Shown: positions 13,001 to 26,918, numbered from the whole stretch's first letter. The stretch: DNA of 62,437 nt, filler included, from 3 parts of 3 records of this genome joined end to end with filler, not necessarily neighbours in it; one strand, 5' to 3'. Numbers and translations: made by a program. The notes: generated by a model from the letters alone, not told the origin.

Positions 13001-14149
13001 ATTGACATCTGCAGCGCCGATGTGAAGCCAGAGCTGTGCGACCGGGACACGGTTATGTGCCAAATCAAAATGGTGATTGCGCTCTTGCCCGCCATGTGTG
13101 AGTACTTGGAGTGCGAGTCCCGCGACACCCACCACCTGGGTGAGAGGCTGCCTCAAGGCCTTGCGCGCGCCCTGGAGAAATCCGGCAACAACCGTCTGGC
13201 GCGGGTACTGGAGAGGTGCTGTGAGACTGAGAGAGACCACATCGGATCTTCATCAGTCCTTCTCACCGACTTTGTCGAGATTTTCGCCGAACTGTATCTG
13301 CCGACCAACGTCAATACGGTGCTGGACATCTTGTTGCCACTTGTGGAGCGCGGTCCAAGATCGCTGGGCCATCACGCCCTAATGGTCCTTGCGGCTATGC
13401 TTACGGCCATCAAGGCCAAGAAGGAGAGGATCTCCAACGATGAGGGTTCAAGACTCATGGACTGCATGAAGAAAGCCGAAGCTCATGACCCGTCGCTCGT
13501 GGGCTCCGTCCTGGGTCTTGTGGTCCACCTGGCTCCGTCCGCATCAGCGGACGCAGTGCTCCCCGCCCGAGTCTCCAATACCCTTGCCAATGAAGAGGCA
13601 ATCCAGGCTCTTAACCAGGTTATTGAGGTGATAGATATCTCCCTTGGAGACGGACGGCCAAGGTCCGTCAGGGCGACCACCGGAACTTCATCCACGAGCC
13701 CGCGAGGGATGCGCGATGTGTCCAACTCACTGAACGTCCCAGACGCGTCCCTGGAGAAGCGGTCGACAAACAGGTATAGGAAACAGGCACCCGAATCTCT
13801 CCACATTCCTGGAGGAGGAGCAGCGGCCACCCCCGTCCCCACCGGGTCCCCGCACTCGTCGTACATCGGAACGACTCCGTCCATTTGGAACCAGTCCGTT
13901 CCCAATTCGGCGTCCACCATTCCGCAGGATGTGATGAACCACTATATGTCCAGGGGCACCACGCCCGCGAGCACGCCGGGTTGGGGCACCCCCGCGGCAG
14001 GCGGGTACATGACACCCTCGATGAATGCCGGTGGTTATCAGGCCAGCAAGGACAACTCGGGGTATGCCACGCCCGCCGGGATGAGCATTGATGAGGATGC
14101 AGTGTACCCCCACATGCAGATCACACCCAAGGAGCTGGAGGTAAGATGA
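7035..14149 (+). CDS. FRY: Furry / MOR2-PAG1 (Tao3) cell morphogenesis scaffold protein; 3 exons
   Basis: About 2300-aa helical-repeat protein. ATG 7035, introns 7272-7331 and 7442-7539, then a 6.6-kb exon. Furry-like motifs 'LNYLLPWTKNI', 'MLHLAVLYCDHPNPTVSTHAKLLL', 'PLWQRQ', 'RWQSHALRWAEETSVESLAGRSLHIFSAL'. Confidence 0.82.
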
Positions 14150-15067
14150 TGCAAAATGCTTGGCCTGTGAGGACTGGATCTAACCCGGCTGTGCAGCGTG
14201 CTGTAGAGTACAAGAGGATGGCATCTAGTGCGCGGATATGAGCACTCTGCGAATATCTTCCGAGTCGCGAACACACTAACACAAACCACATTCCCAAGCC
14301 ATGCAACTAAATTTAGAAACATAACCACCCTCTAATCGATATTTGTAGTCAGACTATAAATTGACGGCTAAAAACCGGATATGAGTCCAACTGCTTGATT
14401 GGCGCCCAAAATCCGACGGCTGTGAATACGCCGGCTGGCAGTTTTGGCTCGGCATCTCGCAGGGCTGGCTGACGCGTGCGAGATGAGGCGAGCTCCGCAA
14501 TCTCCACCGGACGGACGGCTTGGTGCCGATCCGGCTTGGAGAACTCACCATCACAACACCCACCAGCCGGGGCTGGCACCCGTCTATCCGAGGTGTGACT
14601 GAAGTGCGTGGGAGCTGTGCCCGAGAATCTGGAATCTGACTTCTGGCCCATGCGAGCCGCAGTCATGGGGTGCAGGCTGTGAGAATCAGGCCGTCGGCCG
14701 TCATCCGTTGCGGCCCGGCCACGGGCGGTCGCGCCGTGAAGGCAACCGCTTGGCGGGCTGGTCTATCTAGTAGAGTGACCCAAGCTCCCGCCGGAGTGAA
14801 CGCCCCTGTCGTCCAGGGGTCGGCTCGTGCTAGTTAGGCTCAACGTGGCATCGCATAGCCAGTGGACAGGCCACGCACGCACCGGGGGCCGGCGTGAGGC
14901 TTTTGTCTGTGCATCCGTTGGTGAGTTGGTGATTGAACCGGTCCCGCAGAAGGGAGGGATGACCAGGTGCAAATATATCCCTCTAAACTCTGCTCAACTG
15001 CCTCAAGCGTGGCGATGCTGGTATAACTCCTTCCAAATAGTACCAGTTTGGAAGAGGACAAGGCGCA

Positions 15068-17330
15068 ATGAACGGCGCAGACACCAAGAATAGGCAGGGG
15101 TACGGGTTCCAAAACGACTCTCCCTATGCGTATTTGCACTCTCCTTCCAGTTCGGTTTATGGCGGGACAAGCGCCTTCCCGGAGACAAACCCGGTGCTGT
15201 ACAACCCACCCTCCAGCGGCAGCACCGCCACTAGCGCTCTACTGAGCCCGCATGGTGTTCCCCACAACGGAGGCCACGCGCGGAGCCATGGTCCTCCGAG
15301 TGCAGGCAGCTCGATTGCGAGCATGAACTCGTTTATCAGCAGTGCGTGGGAGAGCGAAGACAACGTTCGCGTCGTGGTCCGTGTGCGCCCGCTGCTTAAC
15401 TATGAGATGGAGAAGGGGTATTATAAGGTGATGGATTGCGTGGACGATGGTCGCTCCGTTACTGTGCAGAACGCCACAAACTCCAAAGCAGCAAGAAGCT
15501 CGTTCACCTTCTCCGCCACGATTGGCGAGCAAGCGGACCAGCAAACGTTCTTTGAAATGTCCGGCGTGAAACACCTGCTGCTGTCGGCATTGGATGGGTA
15601 CTCTGCTACGGTGTTCGCGTATGGTCAGACAGGGTCCGGTAAGACGTTCAGTATATCGGGGCCGGAGGAGCAGGTGGTCAACGAAGACTTCAAGGGCCAT
15701 GACCTGGACGGTATGATTCCGCGGGCAGTCCGGTTTATGTTTGATCAGATGGCCCAGGAGACGGCGCAGTTCAAGACTCAGTACAAGGTTCGCGCGAGCT
15801 ACCTTGAGATATATAACGAGCAGATCAATGATCTGCTGTCGATGACTTCGGAGAATCTCGCCATTCGCTGGAATAGCAGTATTGGCTTTTTCGTGGAAGG
15901 GCTGGTGGTGGCGGACTGCCTCGAGTACAACGACGTGATCGCGGTTTTCTGTGAGGGCCTGAGGAACAGAAAGGTGGGGTCCCACGACCTGAACAAGGAC
16001 TCAAGCCGCAGTCACAGCATTATGACGGTGTACCTCGATAGCGAGACGACCGAGTCTGATGGGACCGTCCTGACTAGGTACGGTAAGGTCTCGTTTGTGG
16101 ACCTGGCTGGTAGCGAGAAGCTGAAGGAGTCCAAGTCCGAGGGGTCCACGCGCAAGGAGACGGCCCAGATCAACAAGTCACTGTTCGCTCTCGGCAACGT
16201 TATTGCAGCCCTGAGCAGCTCCAAGAAGAACCAGCACGTGCCCTACCGCGATAGTAAGCTGACCAAACTTCTTATGGACAGCCTCGGGGGCTCGAGCCTT
16301 ACGCTGATGGTTGCATGCTGCAGCCCGGCGTCACACCACGTCGAGGAGACGCTGAACACCCTATACTATGCCGGTCGGGCCAAGAGCATTCGCAACCAGC
16401 CGATTGTCCAGATGGACCAGCATCAAGAGGTGGTCATGCGGCTCAAGAAGGAGGTTCAGATGCTGAGGCTGGAGAACGCCTATCTCCGCCAGCAGTTAGG
16501 CATGCCGGCGGCCTCGACTCCGGGCAGTGTCAACACTACCTACCAGCTCTTTCAGAACCCTTCTCCGCGCAACTTCACACCTCCGTACCACTCCGGGTCC
16601 AACTCGGTTAGGAGGCGCGACGCGAAGCCCGCCGGCGCGCCGCTGCCTCCGCTGGAGATGCCGGGGAGCAACACGAATGAGTTCATCAACGAGAATGGAA
16701 GGTTGAGGGGGGAGAACACCAATATCGTTAGGAGGCTGGAGGTGGTAGAGAAGGAGTACGTGGCAGTCATGGCAGAGAATGAGAGGTGAGCGGGTTGTAC
16801 CGGTCGCGGGCTGGGTGTGGGCTGACCAGTGTTGTACAGGCTGCGGTCCAAACTTGAGGGATTGGAGGATATCTTTGTAAAGAAGGGCGAGGACGAGGAA
16901 TGGGGTCTGAGTCCCCGCAACAGGGCCAAGGGTAGGTTTCTTAGCCGCGCTCGCTAAGTTCTGTATTTCTGCGGATTCTAATGCTGGTTGTGGTGCAGGG
17001 GGCACTTCCGACGGGATTGAAGGGACGGACATTGCCGGTGATGACCAGTTTGAGATGATGAAGGTGGAGAATCGGCGCCTCAAACGGCAGATCGACAAGA
17101 TGAACGAAGAGAATGCGGAGCTGCAGAGCCAGCTTCACAAGTTGCAGCTGGCCCGGTCGAAGCAGGGTATCAAGAATTATGGGAGCGTGAGGAAGGAACA
17201 GAATGATCTCTTTGCCCTTCGCAAGTCCAATGATCAGCTTGTGAAGAAGTGCGAGTCAATTAGCCAGCGGGAGAAGTTGTTGGCGCAGCTGCTGGAGGAA
17301 AATGGAATCGAGGTTCCTCCGAAAGAGTAG
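15068..17330 (+). CDS. Kinesin motor protein (N-terminal motor, coiled-coil tail; KIF12/kinesin-16-like); 3 exons
   Basis: 'VRVVVRVRP', P-loop 'AYGQTGSGKT', switch I 'SSRSHS', switch II 'DLAGSE', 'HVPYRDSKLTKLL'. Introns 16786-16839 and 16932-16998. Stop TAG 17328-17330. The subfamily call is tentative. Confidence 0.93.
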
Positions 17331-17484
17331 CTTGGTCCATGTGGTGTTTTATTTCTGTGCACAACCATGTGGTCTTGACTGTGGACGGGGCGCGGTCGCC
17401 CCAATCCGGTGCGAGTGCCGGGGCTGCAACGGCGGCCACTAAAAAAATGAAATGCAATCACAATCACATCTCGGTGTGGCTCAT

Positions 17485-20400
17485 TCATTGACTTATCCAA
17501 CTGCTCGGCCTGTGGTCATTGCCTGATGAGAAATCACTGGAAGCCGACAGGGTCGAGTTCGATTGCGGCTGGTCGGGCTTGAATAGCCGCTCCATAAGCA
17601 TTTGCTGCATATTGAGCGTATTGGAGACCAGGACCCCGCTTGCATTGCGGCTATGGGTGCGGCTGTGCGGCCGGCTTCGTGACCCGGACCTACTGCTAGA
17701 ATGGCTCCTCGCTGAGAGGGCGTCGCCGCTGCTGCTCATGAGGCTGAATGACGTCGCCGGGCGGCTACGCCCCGGCAGCATTCCCTTCGGGGTGCCCGGG
17801 AAGCACATCACGGCTGCAGTGCTGGGGCGCGCGCCGGGGTCGAAGTCACCTAACATCGTATCCTGCCTGATAATACTGTAAGGGAGAAGGGTTAGCGGGA
17901 ATGATTCCGGCATCAGCATGGCAGACTCACCTCGGCCTCAACTGCTCGCCACCTTGGCCCATCTCCTGGTCCACCTTGTCCAATGCCTCCGCGAGACCCT
18001 CCGTCTTCTTCTTTTTGTGAATGAAAAAGTCGCTCTCGGATTGGCCACCAATGGACTTTCCATATACACCGGAGCGGTAGCCAAGGTCACCATAATGCTT
18101 CTCGAGATTACTTTTCTTTTTCTGCTTGGAAGGGCTTAGGAGTCGATCGCCTGGTATCCGCATAGGCCCCAACTTGTCATCATTCGGGTCCGAAGCGAGC
18201 CTCTCGGTCGGGGACGGTGATATTGTCATGGGCGCCACCAGCAGCCCTGTCGTGTATTGCTGGCTCCGCCTTGTGCGCTTGCCATGAGTGGATGCGGGAA
18301 TGGACGGCTATGGATGAGGTGTTAGGCGGAGCGACGTCATGACACAGACCCACAACTTACCAGATTGCCTACGACGGCATTCGCCTCGTTGCTCCTGCGG
18401 GCCTTCTGATCGTAGTAATCACGGAGCGACTCGGCCCGATTCAGCATAGTCTCTTTCCTCAAAAGTGGCGACAGTTGCCTGGCGCGGCGCTGTGCCTTGC
18501 TCTCGTCAGGGCGTGGTTTGCTCAGGCCATCCAAAAACATGGCGAGTTGGTTTGCATCCAAACCCTCCATGGAGTCCTGCTTCTCCAGCGGGGTGTGTGA
18601 ATCGCTATCCATGAATTGAGAAGACACGACGGGCACCCGGGAGGGAAGGTCGGAGCCATCGCCAAGATTCATCATCGCGAGCGACCCCCTCCGTGACCTG
18701 GCCTTGCCCATTGAAGTGGATCTCGAGTCCTTGTTGGCTCTTGGGTCATGGTCGAGGCCTCCTGCATTGGCTAGGAGCATCTCAATCCCAGCCCGCGTTG
18801 CCTCGAGGGACTCTCCTGCTCGACTTTGCCTCCTTCCCAACGCACCTGGGTTTGTCATCAACGTGTTGACACTGTGCCTCCTTGAATCATCCTTTGGCAC
18901 CATTCCAACGGACGCCCGCCGCTGATCCGCCTGCGACTGTCGCCGCCTATCACTGACTCGCAATGCAGGAGTGCTTCCCCGGCGAACCTCATCCTGGATT
19001 ACGCGACTGGTGCGTCTGCTGGCATTGCGCGAGGGAGAGCGAGAATTGCTCCGTGAGTGGCCCCGTGAGCCCGTTTTGAGGGAGTCCACGTCACTTCCTG
19101 AAATATCGTCCAGGCTCCGGTCGGATTCTGATCCGTGCGATAGTGTCTTCATGCTTCCAAGTGGGGCGCCCACTGACCGCATGCTCTGTGATCTGTTTGG
19201 CCAAAATGTTAGATGTCTTCTCCCGCATTCGCGCAACACCCGGCCCAAGACCCAAATACTCACATCGATGTACCCCGATCCGATATATTCGTCAGAGTTC
19301 GCTTATGCTTCCCGCTAGATGCTCCCACCTCATAAGAATCCATGATCTTATGGTGGTATATGTCAAAGTCGTGTGCTAGGACATGGTCGAGTTCATTCCA
19401 CGCACTTCGGCTAAGTGACTCCCTCCTCAGCCGGTACCATGGTGTGCGGTTCTCTTCGTGTTCATCTATCAGGGACAAGTCCGGGTCAACACCCGGCGTC
19501 CTCCACATCTTGGGCTTGTTTTCTCCGCTGAGATTCTCACTCCGGAACATCGCCAATAGAGGCGGCGCCTGGGGGGACGGATGTGACTCCAGACACCGTG
19601 CGAGTAGTTTCCGAGATCCGGCGAAGATGCAGTGCTTCCTAGCAGAGCTTATGGCCCGATAAATATGTGTGACATCCACTTTTGCCTTGGTTCTGTCGAA
19701 GAATGACGGGTCGATGTGTATCACCACGATGTCGACCTTGTGGAGGTCATACTCAGAGACAGTCTTCAGATCAATGTACATGTGCGGTATCAAGTCGCTT
19801 CTCGCCACATTCACAGGGGTCTTGTCAACAGGGGATGTCACAACCAGTTGCGCTGCGTCCACTGCTGTTCCATCCTTCCTCAGAACCATGATCCGCCTCT
19901 CCTTCTTCCAAAACACAAGGGTACCCTTTTTGAACAATGCCCGGCGCTGGGTGGGCTTACGGAGCTTCTTCTCATAGGCCTGGAACTTGTCACTCTGCCG
20001 ATTCACCATCACGTGCATGTTGCGAATCGATACATTGGCATCGCTAAGGTTCTGGCTGATAGTGGTGAGGTCATCTTCAGAGAAGCTGAAGGGAGGAATA
20101 TTATCAGGCTCATCTTGTTCGATGGCTTGATATATCCTCTCGTCACACTCTGGTATTTCTTTCACCCAACTCCGTATGAAATCGCTATCTCTCACTGTCG
20201 ATGTGAAGATACCGCTCTTGTCCAGATGTTCCAGAAACGGCGTTTGATGGTTGTCTTTCGTTTTGTTTTGGGAATCTCGGTTCTCGCCATCAATGGACGC
20301 TGTGCTCGTCGCTTGCTCCTTTGCGGCAGAGAGTGACTGGATGAAATCCAGTTTCCCAATTAGCATCACCAAAGTGGAGAAGAACTCTGGTCGGGGGCCC

Positions 20401-22040
20401 TTGTACTTCCCATTTTCTATGATCGCGTTGGGATAGTGCTGCTTGAATGTGTCGCCAACAAAGAGTACTGCCTTCAGGTACATGATGCAGCGAAAGAGCC
20501 CTATGGTAATATGCTCGATTACTAGCTCGTCGGAATTGAGGAAAACGACCACGCTTAGATCTGCCATCACATCCTGCTGCGCGTTTGCAAACTGGGATTC
20601 TGTCATACACACCCCATGGAACACCGTGCCGAGTTTTCGGAGATCCGGGGCTCTCACGTCAGGGATTACGTACACCACCGCATCTTGATTCGTTTCATAT
20701 GTCGTCACAGCCGCCTTGACATCGGCGGCCCAGACATGCCAGAACCTCACGTCCAATACGCAATACGCCACCATCTTGTTTTCATTAAGCAGCGATGCGA
20801 ACTTGAGCTGTGGCTCCGCAAAGGTGAATATGCCCAGGCAGTCGTCCACTTGTAAAAGGAGATCATGGTGTCTTACCAACATATCCAGGGCCTGTTCAGT
20901 TCCTGTGGGGTTGGTGACACCTATCGTTTCCATGATGTGCTTGAACGGAAGCATCACTGTTCCTTCGTTGAGGAAGCTGTCCTCAAGTGCATGCAAGATG
21001 GATATCGCGCCGATGACCATGGGCTGATTGTACATGCTTTGGTCCAGGGGCACGTACATCTGCAGGCGTTTTAGAAGGAGCTCCAGGCGGCTGATGTACA
21101 TTCGATTGCGGGCGACCGCGTTCTCGAACGGGGCATGGATAAGCTGAGGCACAATGCCAACTTCTTTCAACACCAGTGGGCTCAGAAGAAGGAAGGGGTA
21201 CTTCAAGAGAATCGAGCTGGCCTTTTCAAACTTGTCGGAGAATGTTAGAAGAAGGTGCTCCCGGTGTGACCCACCCCCGGGCGCGTACGCGTTCAGCAGC
21301 GACCGCATGATCAGTGCCCTATCGCTGTAGAAGACTCCATCCAGAAGGCTCATTCTAATGATGTCTTCCTCTCTCTTGTTCCCAATCTTCATCCCTCGAT
21401 ATCCGTTTGCGGTCAGCAGCTCTGTCGGGGATTGTTCCTTCCCAGTGGTGAACTTTATGAACTGCACAACCCTAGGGTCCCCACCCGCCTCCACCAACCT
21501 CGCGTTCAACTCCACGATAGGGATAGGAAGCCGACGGGCTGCGATTATCTTTGTCACATACACATCCACGTTGGCCGACTGGTGCCGTGCCTCCACGTGA
21601 GACCCTCCCAGTTCATATTCTATTTTCCATTCGAAAAATGGAGACACGCTGGGAAACACTTGCTCGTTAATGATACGCAGCTTCTCGTGTTCAATACGCG
21701 ACCCTTGCTCTGAGTGAAACACCAGGTGACTAATCTGGTCATTGCTGAATATTCCCCCGAGTCTTCCCCTCGCCACGTTCACTGTGTTAGTCCGTTTGAT
21801 GGGCTCGTCCATGCCATAGTCCAGAAGCCCAAAATACGTATCATAGTCGTGGTCAGTAAACCCGCTCTCTGCGAAAAACAGCTCTTTAAACTGATCTGTC
21901 GTCAAATCTCGATAGTCAGCCGTTGCGCAAGCTGACTCTACGCTGATGATAGAGCCATGACTCAACTCTGGTAGACTAAAGTTTGAGTTAGTCCCCATTT
22001 TCATGGCGCCGATATCGCCTGAAATCGTCCGGGTTTTCAT
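17485..22040 (-). CDS. RecD2/HELB-like SF1B helicase homolog with degenerate ATPase motifs and a long Ser/Arg-rich disordered C-terminal tail; 4 exons
   Basis: ATG 22040. Introns 19193-19263, 18308-18360 and 17876-17930 join ORFs 19260-22040, 18337-19263, 17927-18238 and 17485-17919. RecD2-like segments occur in the correct order: 'LLKYPFLLL', 'NEGTVMLP', 'VLFVGDTFKQHYP', 'FKKGTLVFWKK', 'HIYRAISSARKHCIFAGSRKLL'. Confidence 0.65.
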
Positions 22041-22820
22041 GGCGTTTTTCTTTCAAGACTCCAGCTTCGGTATAGTCCGGCGCACACCACGCCTCTAAGA
22101 AGAGGTGCGTGGAGACACCCTATACTTGAGGTGGTACGAGGAGCCATGTGCGTGTGCGAGTGTGGTGTCCAGCAGAAGCACGGGACTACGCCGGCCGGCT
22201 GCCTCAGTGGAGTTCCTCAGTCTGGTCACTCTCTGTGTGCCGGAATGACACGCGCCGAACTGGCTGCGGCCGGACTGGATCGTGGGCGTTCACCTAAACT
22301 AGTGGCCCGGCCGGCGCCGCTGTCCCGGCGACGGGGTCACTCCCCATCACTGCCGCTAGTGACAGGCGCTGACGGTGCCGAGTCGTCGGGGCCATGCCGG
22401 CGGAGGCAGCACTGGGCGCACTGCCATGCTTGGGGAGAGGTCGGAGGCCACCGTGGCGGCCCCGGGCGCCGCCGGTGACCGTCAGGAGTGGGGCGGACTG
22501 CCGGCGCCGTGACTCTGAGATTGCGCGAGATGACCCAGGCCAGGCAGCGGTTAGACTATTTTAATTGAGGTCTCAAAATGGGTTATTCGGTTGTGTATTT
22601 GAAACCATGGGTTTATTTTTAGGGTCAAGTTTTGGGCACCTCTCGATGACATTCGATTGGATGGCAAAGCTACTCTCCAGTTCGGTGAGTTAGCGAGATG
22701 TGAGTGAGCCCCGCCCGCCTGGTGACCAATCGCGCTCACTGACTTACCGGCAAGTCCCCGGCCGGGCCCGGTGGCAGATGCGGATAATCTCCATCGCATA
22801 CACATAGAAGTAAACAACGA

Positions 22821-25800
22821 TCAGATTCCGGTGCTAATTGCAGCCGAGGATATGCTAGCAATGCCTCTAGCAGTATTCATACGGCGTTTGCTTTTCCGCC
22901 CTGTTCCAGGAGTGCCGATGGGGGACCCCTCTGGCATATCGAATCCAGCAAGAAGATCCTCCATTAGCTTCGCCTCAATACGCATACGCTCAGCAAAGTA
23001 CATGTTGTCATCCAGCTGCTTCTTTCCGAAAACGAGCTTGAAATATTTGTCGATAACTTCCGAAAATAGTACAATGTTCTCCATGCTTTCCAGAGATTCG
23101 GCAGTTACGTTGCGTCCGCCATAATAAATAGCGGTGCGACACACTGCCTCGATGAAATCTTCAAAGCAAAGCTCCATTTTTCGGTCCAGAATCTCACCCT
23201 CCGTTTTTTCTTTTAGTGTTATTGCCACGCGAGTTCGGAGCATTGTGTCTTGGCATTCACAGATGCCAATGTGGTCGCACTCGGTCTGGATCCATGTTCC
23301 CATGCACGTTCTGTAGAACTGCCTGGTGGCCAGCTGCTTGGGCAAATAGTCTTTGTGAATCAGTCTCCTCTCTTCCAGGAGCTCGAGGAACTCCTCAAGA
23401 GAAACTGTGTCCAGATGAAGGTTATCGTATTCAGAGGTGTGCCGCCGCCTGCAGGTCTCATTGAAGACGAATCGCGACACCTTTTCGTGTTTCTTGATAA
23501 CAGTCTGCGTATCAGGTGAGCACAAATACTTGTAAAACTCTCTCTGGTCCTCGATCTTCTTAGCCTTGGGCACGAGGTGGTTCTCCAGGACAAGCCGGTA
23601 GCACTCGGCGGTTGACTTGGTCTGCTCCCAGTACTTTTCAATGGAATAGAGAGCAAGGCAAGCAGCCATCTCATGTGTATCGAGGAAGTCATCCGAGGTC
23701 GTCAGCTCCGCCACCTCCTCAATATCCGCCCCCTCCGCGAATGTGGTTCCACGGCACGTGGTCACAAATGCCAATGTTGCTTGAGGAACATCTACTGATA
23801 CTCCCCCAAACTGCCTGGCGCCCAGCAGGCCGGTGGCCTCCAAGAGTTTCCTAAAGGCGCGCATGTTCATCAGGGGCTCAATATCTCTCTCCACAACTGG
23901 GTCATCCACACAGTAATATTGGTGTATGTGCCTGAGGTCATAGAAGTACTTGCGTGTGAGGCGGCATATCTTCTCTCTCTCGGCCTCGCGGTCGTCTTGT
24001 GCATCCATTTTCCACATCGCCGTGTAAAAGTTGATGTAATTGATCGCGTGGTGGCCGTATGACTTGGCCAGGCGGCCGTTGGGCTTGGCTGCCTTGGCCT
24101 TGGCTATCGGCGCCTCGCCAATGGCCAGGGGCACCTCGAGGTCATTGCTGCTACCGAAGCCCTTGTACTTGACGTAGAGTCTATTCTCACCCTCGTCCAC
24201 GTCACGGAGTTTCGCCTCGATGCATCTCCCGGGAGCGCGGTAAGTGATCTCATGGGCCTCCTTACCCCCGACGACAACCATGAGCTTGTCGGGTTCTGTT
24301 CCAAGGAATTGCCCATAGATGACGATGTGAAGCTTTCGCTCCGAGGTAAACGGCTCTGGAACATGGTAGCTCTCCAGGACTGGCGTACAGTACTCCATTC
24401 TTGCACACGCCACATTGGCAGACATGCAGCCCCCAAGCTGCACGTTGACATTGACGATGGTGTTAGGCTTCCCGGGAGGCGTGACGCACAACACTGCCGT
24501 TGCGTTGATAATGGTGACCTCTGTGGCCTCATTCTCCCCAACAAATACTTTCGTCTGGTTGGGCAGGCTGGGATCGCCGAGGTTGGAACCGCGGATGACT
24601 AAGCCAGTTCCACCCTCGAATGAGCCCTGAACGATAGGGATGTACTTGTCCTTTTGTTGCAAAACCTCGGCCATTCCTCCTTTGTACCTCTCGGGGTGAC
24701 CATGGGACCCTGTTGCCGCAACAGTCATCACGCACGGCCGGACCCCAACTTTTTGGAATTCCCGTTGATTCTTGTACTCACGGATAGACCGGCGGAACAC
24801 CTCATCCATCGTCTTATTGTGAGGGTGCTCCTCAAGTCCTTCCATGCTCGTCGTCGCTGCCTCCAAGACGTTGCCCATGCGAAGATCAGTCACGGACTTT
24901 GTTGCAAAGCCGCCGGGGCAAAGTGGATCTATGTCCAAGGCGATATTCGCATCCTCGTTACTGTTTTCAATGTCATTTCTCGCCAGCCGTGTCTGGGCCC
25001 TCCGCACGAACAATTTTGCCATGGGTATGTCCACGATTGCCCGGCTCGATATCTTCGCCGTCTTTGGCGGTGACGGTGACGACCGGTGACTCTCGATCGC
25101 TTTCGTGAGTCTTTTCTCGGCCTTCTCATAGTCTCCCTTCGCATGATGCTTGATCCCTCTGCGCGCAATGCTGCGTACCATTTCAGTGCACTCCAACTCG
25201 CGCCGCTTCCCGGAAGAAACAGCGTGGTTGAACTTTTTGAAGAACTGCATTTCACTCTCCGTGTCTCGGGTCTCAGCTCCGGGTGCGGTGGCCGGACGGT
25301 TCAATTCCATCTCTGTCCCAGCGGCCTGTTTTGCTGCCATGATTTTCTGCTGTGTCTCGGAGAAATATACGGTTTTGGGCCGCGTTCCCTCCTCAAACGG
25401 AAGCTCCGTCGACCTCCTGGAATAATTTGGCGTCGGAGGGACTCGATGCGCCTTCTCACTTGCCCTGCGCTCCTCTGGGGACATCTGCAGCTCGGCCGGA
25501 GTCACGCGCACAGCCGGCATCTTCTGTGGCACGACGGTGCTCCCCCGGCGCCTCCCTTGCGCCGTGCTCCCTCGCGAAGAGCACACACTCCGGCCACTGA
25601 CAGTTCCTGATGTATGGGGGCGGCTCATGTCTGCCGGAGTTACTGGAAGACCGATAAGCTGTTTTCCCATCTCCAGGATATCTTCGTCAACATTCTCGAA
25701 AGGATTGTAGCGCGGCGCCGAGTGCAGTTCCCCTTCCGCGTTAGGCTCGCTTGATGCGCGATCCAGATTGTCATCATAGAACAAGTCCTTGAAGCCAACA

Positions 25801-26691
25801 CTCGCCGTACTCGTGGGTGCCTTTGGTTTCGAGCGGGGGGACGGGCCGGACGGTGGCTGGGGCCTCCCGGCAGGCGGCGCCGGTACCACCTCGTCTCCAC
25901 TTCGAAAGCTGCTGTTGTCAAGGTTAAAGCCCTCTCCACGGAAACTGGAGTTCTCCCCTCGCACGCCTGGTTGCGACGGGGCTAAGCTGGGGCTGCCAGC
26001 CATGTCCTTGTCCATGGCCATTGACTTTTGCCTCTGAAGGTGGAAATACTGTGAGCCCCCGCTCCCAATGACATATGGCGTTTTGGCGTCCCGCAGGTAC
26101 TTTTGCCGCCCGCTCTGCAAGACTAGGGAGGAGTTAGTTTGACAACAATCCAGCCTTCAAGTAGATGCCCTTACCCTTGCTGGAGCTGCGGCTGGGGAGA
26201 AGCGTCGGCGTGACGTCGCCCAGCTCAGTCTGACCAATGGACCTGCCCGCCGCCTTCTCCGGTGCCTTCTCCGTGCCTACCCGTGACGTTGCTGACACTG
26301 CTGGACGGTCTGTGGTCAGATCACACCGGGTCTCCACCAGATATCGAGAATAATATTGCTTACATGAAAGGGTGCTGGATCCCATTCCCATTAACTTCTT
26401 GCGCTCTTTGCTCCGCTTGGCATTTCTTCGCTTCATCTTCAGCAGTTCACCCTCACGACAGTTACCAAACAAGAGCGGGTCATCCAGGAGGTCGTTCTCC
26501 AGTTGCGCGGACTCCTCCTCCGAGAAGCACCCCATGGCAACGATTGGCCACGTCGGTTTGTATCTACTCGTCTCAACAACTCTCAGAGTATCCATGGGTA
26601 GTGCCGCCGTCGGAAATGTCTCCTTCTCGTAGTAGACATTGAGGTTTACCACGGGCTGGCCCAGGCCTGTCGCGTCGGGCTTTTCTGGCAT
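22821..26691 (-). CDS. Large protein with TPR repeats, IPT/TIG domains and a C-terminal EF-hand-like helical domain; multi-exon
   Basis: TPR-like 'RGIKHHAKGDYEKAEKRLTKAIE...LFVRRAQTRL...DANIALDIDP'. IPT-like 'GSFEGGTGLVIRGSNLG...VFVGEN...VLCVTPPG'. C-terminal 'ELCFEDFIEAVCRTA'. Introns at 26310-26363 and about 26116-26174. Start position uncertain. Confidence 0.7.
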
Positions 26692-26918
26692 GGTGACGCC
26701 CCGTGGTGACAACCAACGAACACAAGACTTCTACTTCACCGAACCGACGACCACGCGGGCAACCCAATCTATTCCTCTTTAAGTTTCGGAAACTAAATGC
26801 ATTTATACTGTCAATCATGACGTGGGGCTATACCGGTAGTGATACTGCGACTGAAAATCTCCGTACCTCCCGCTGCTCAGTTTGGTTGTTGCAACCCCCC
26901 CCCCCCCCCCCCCCCCCC

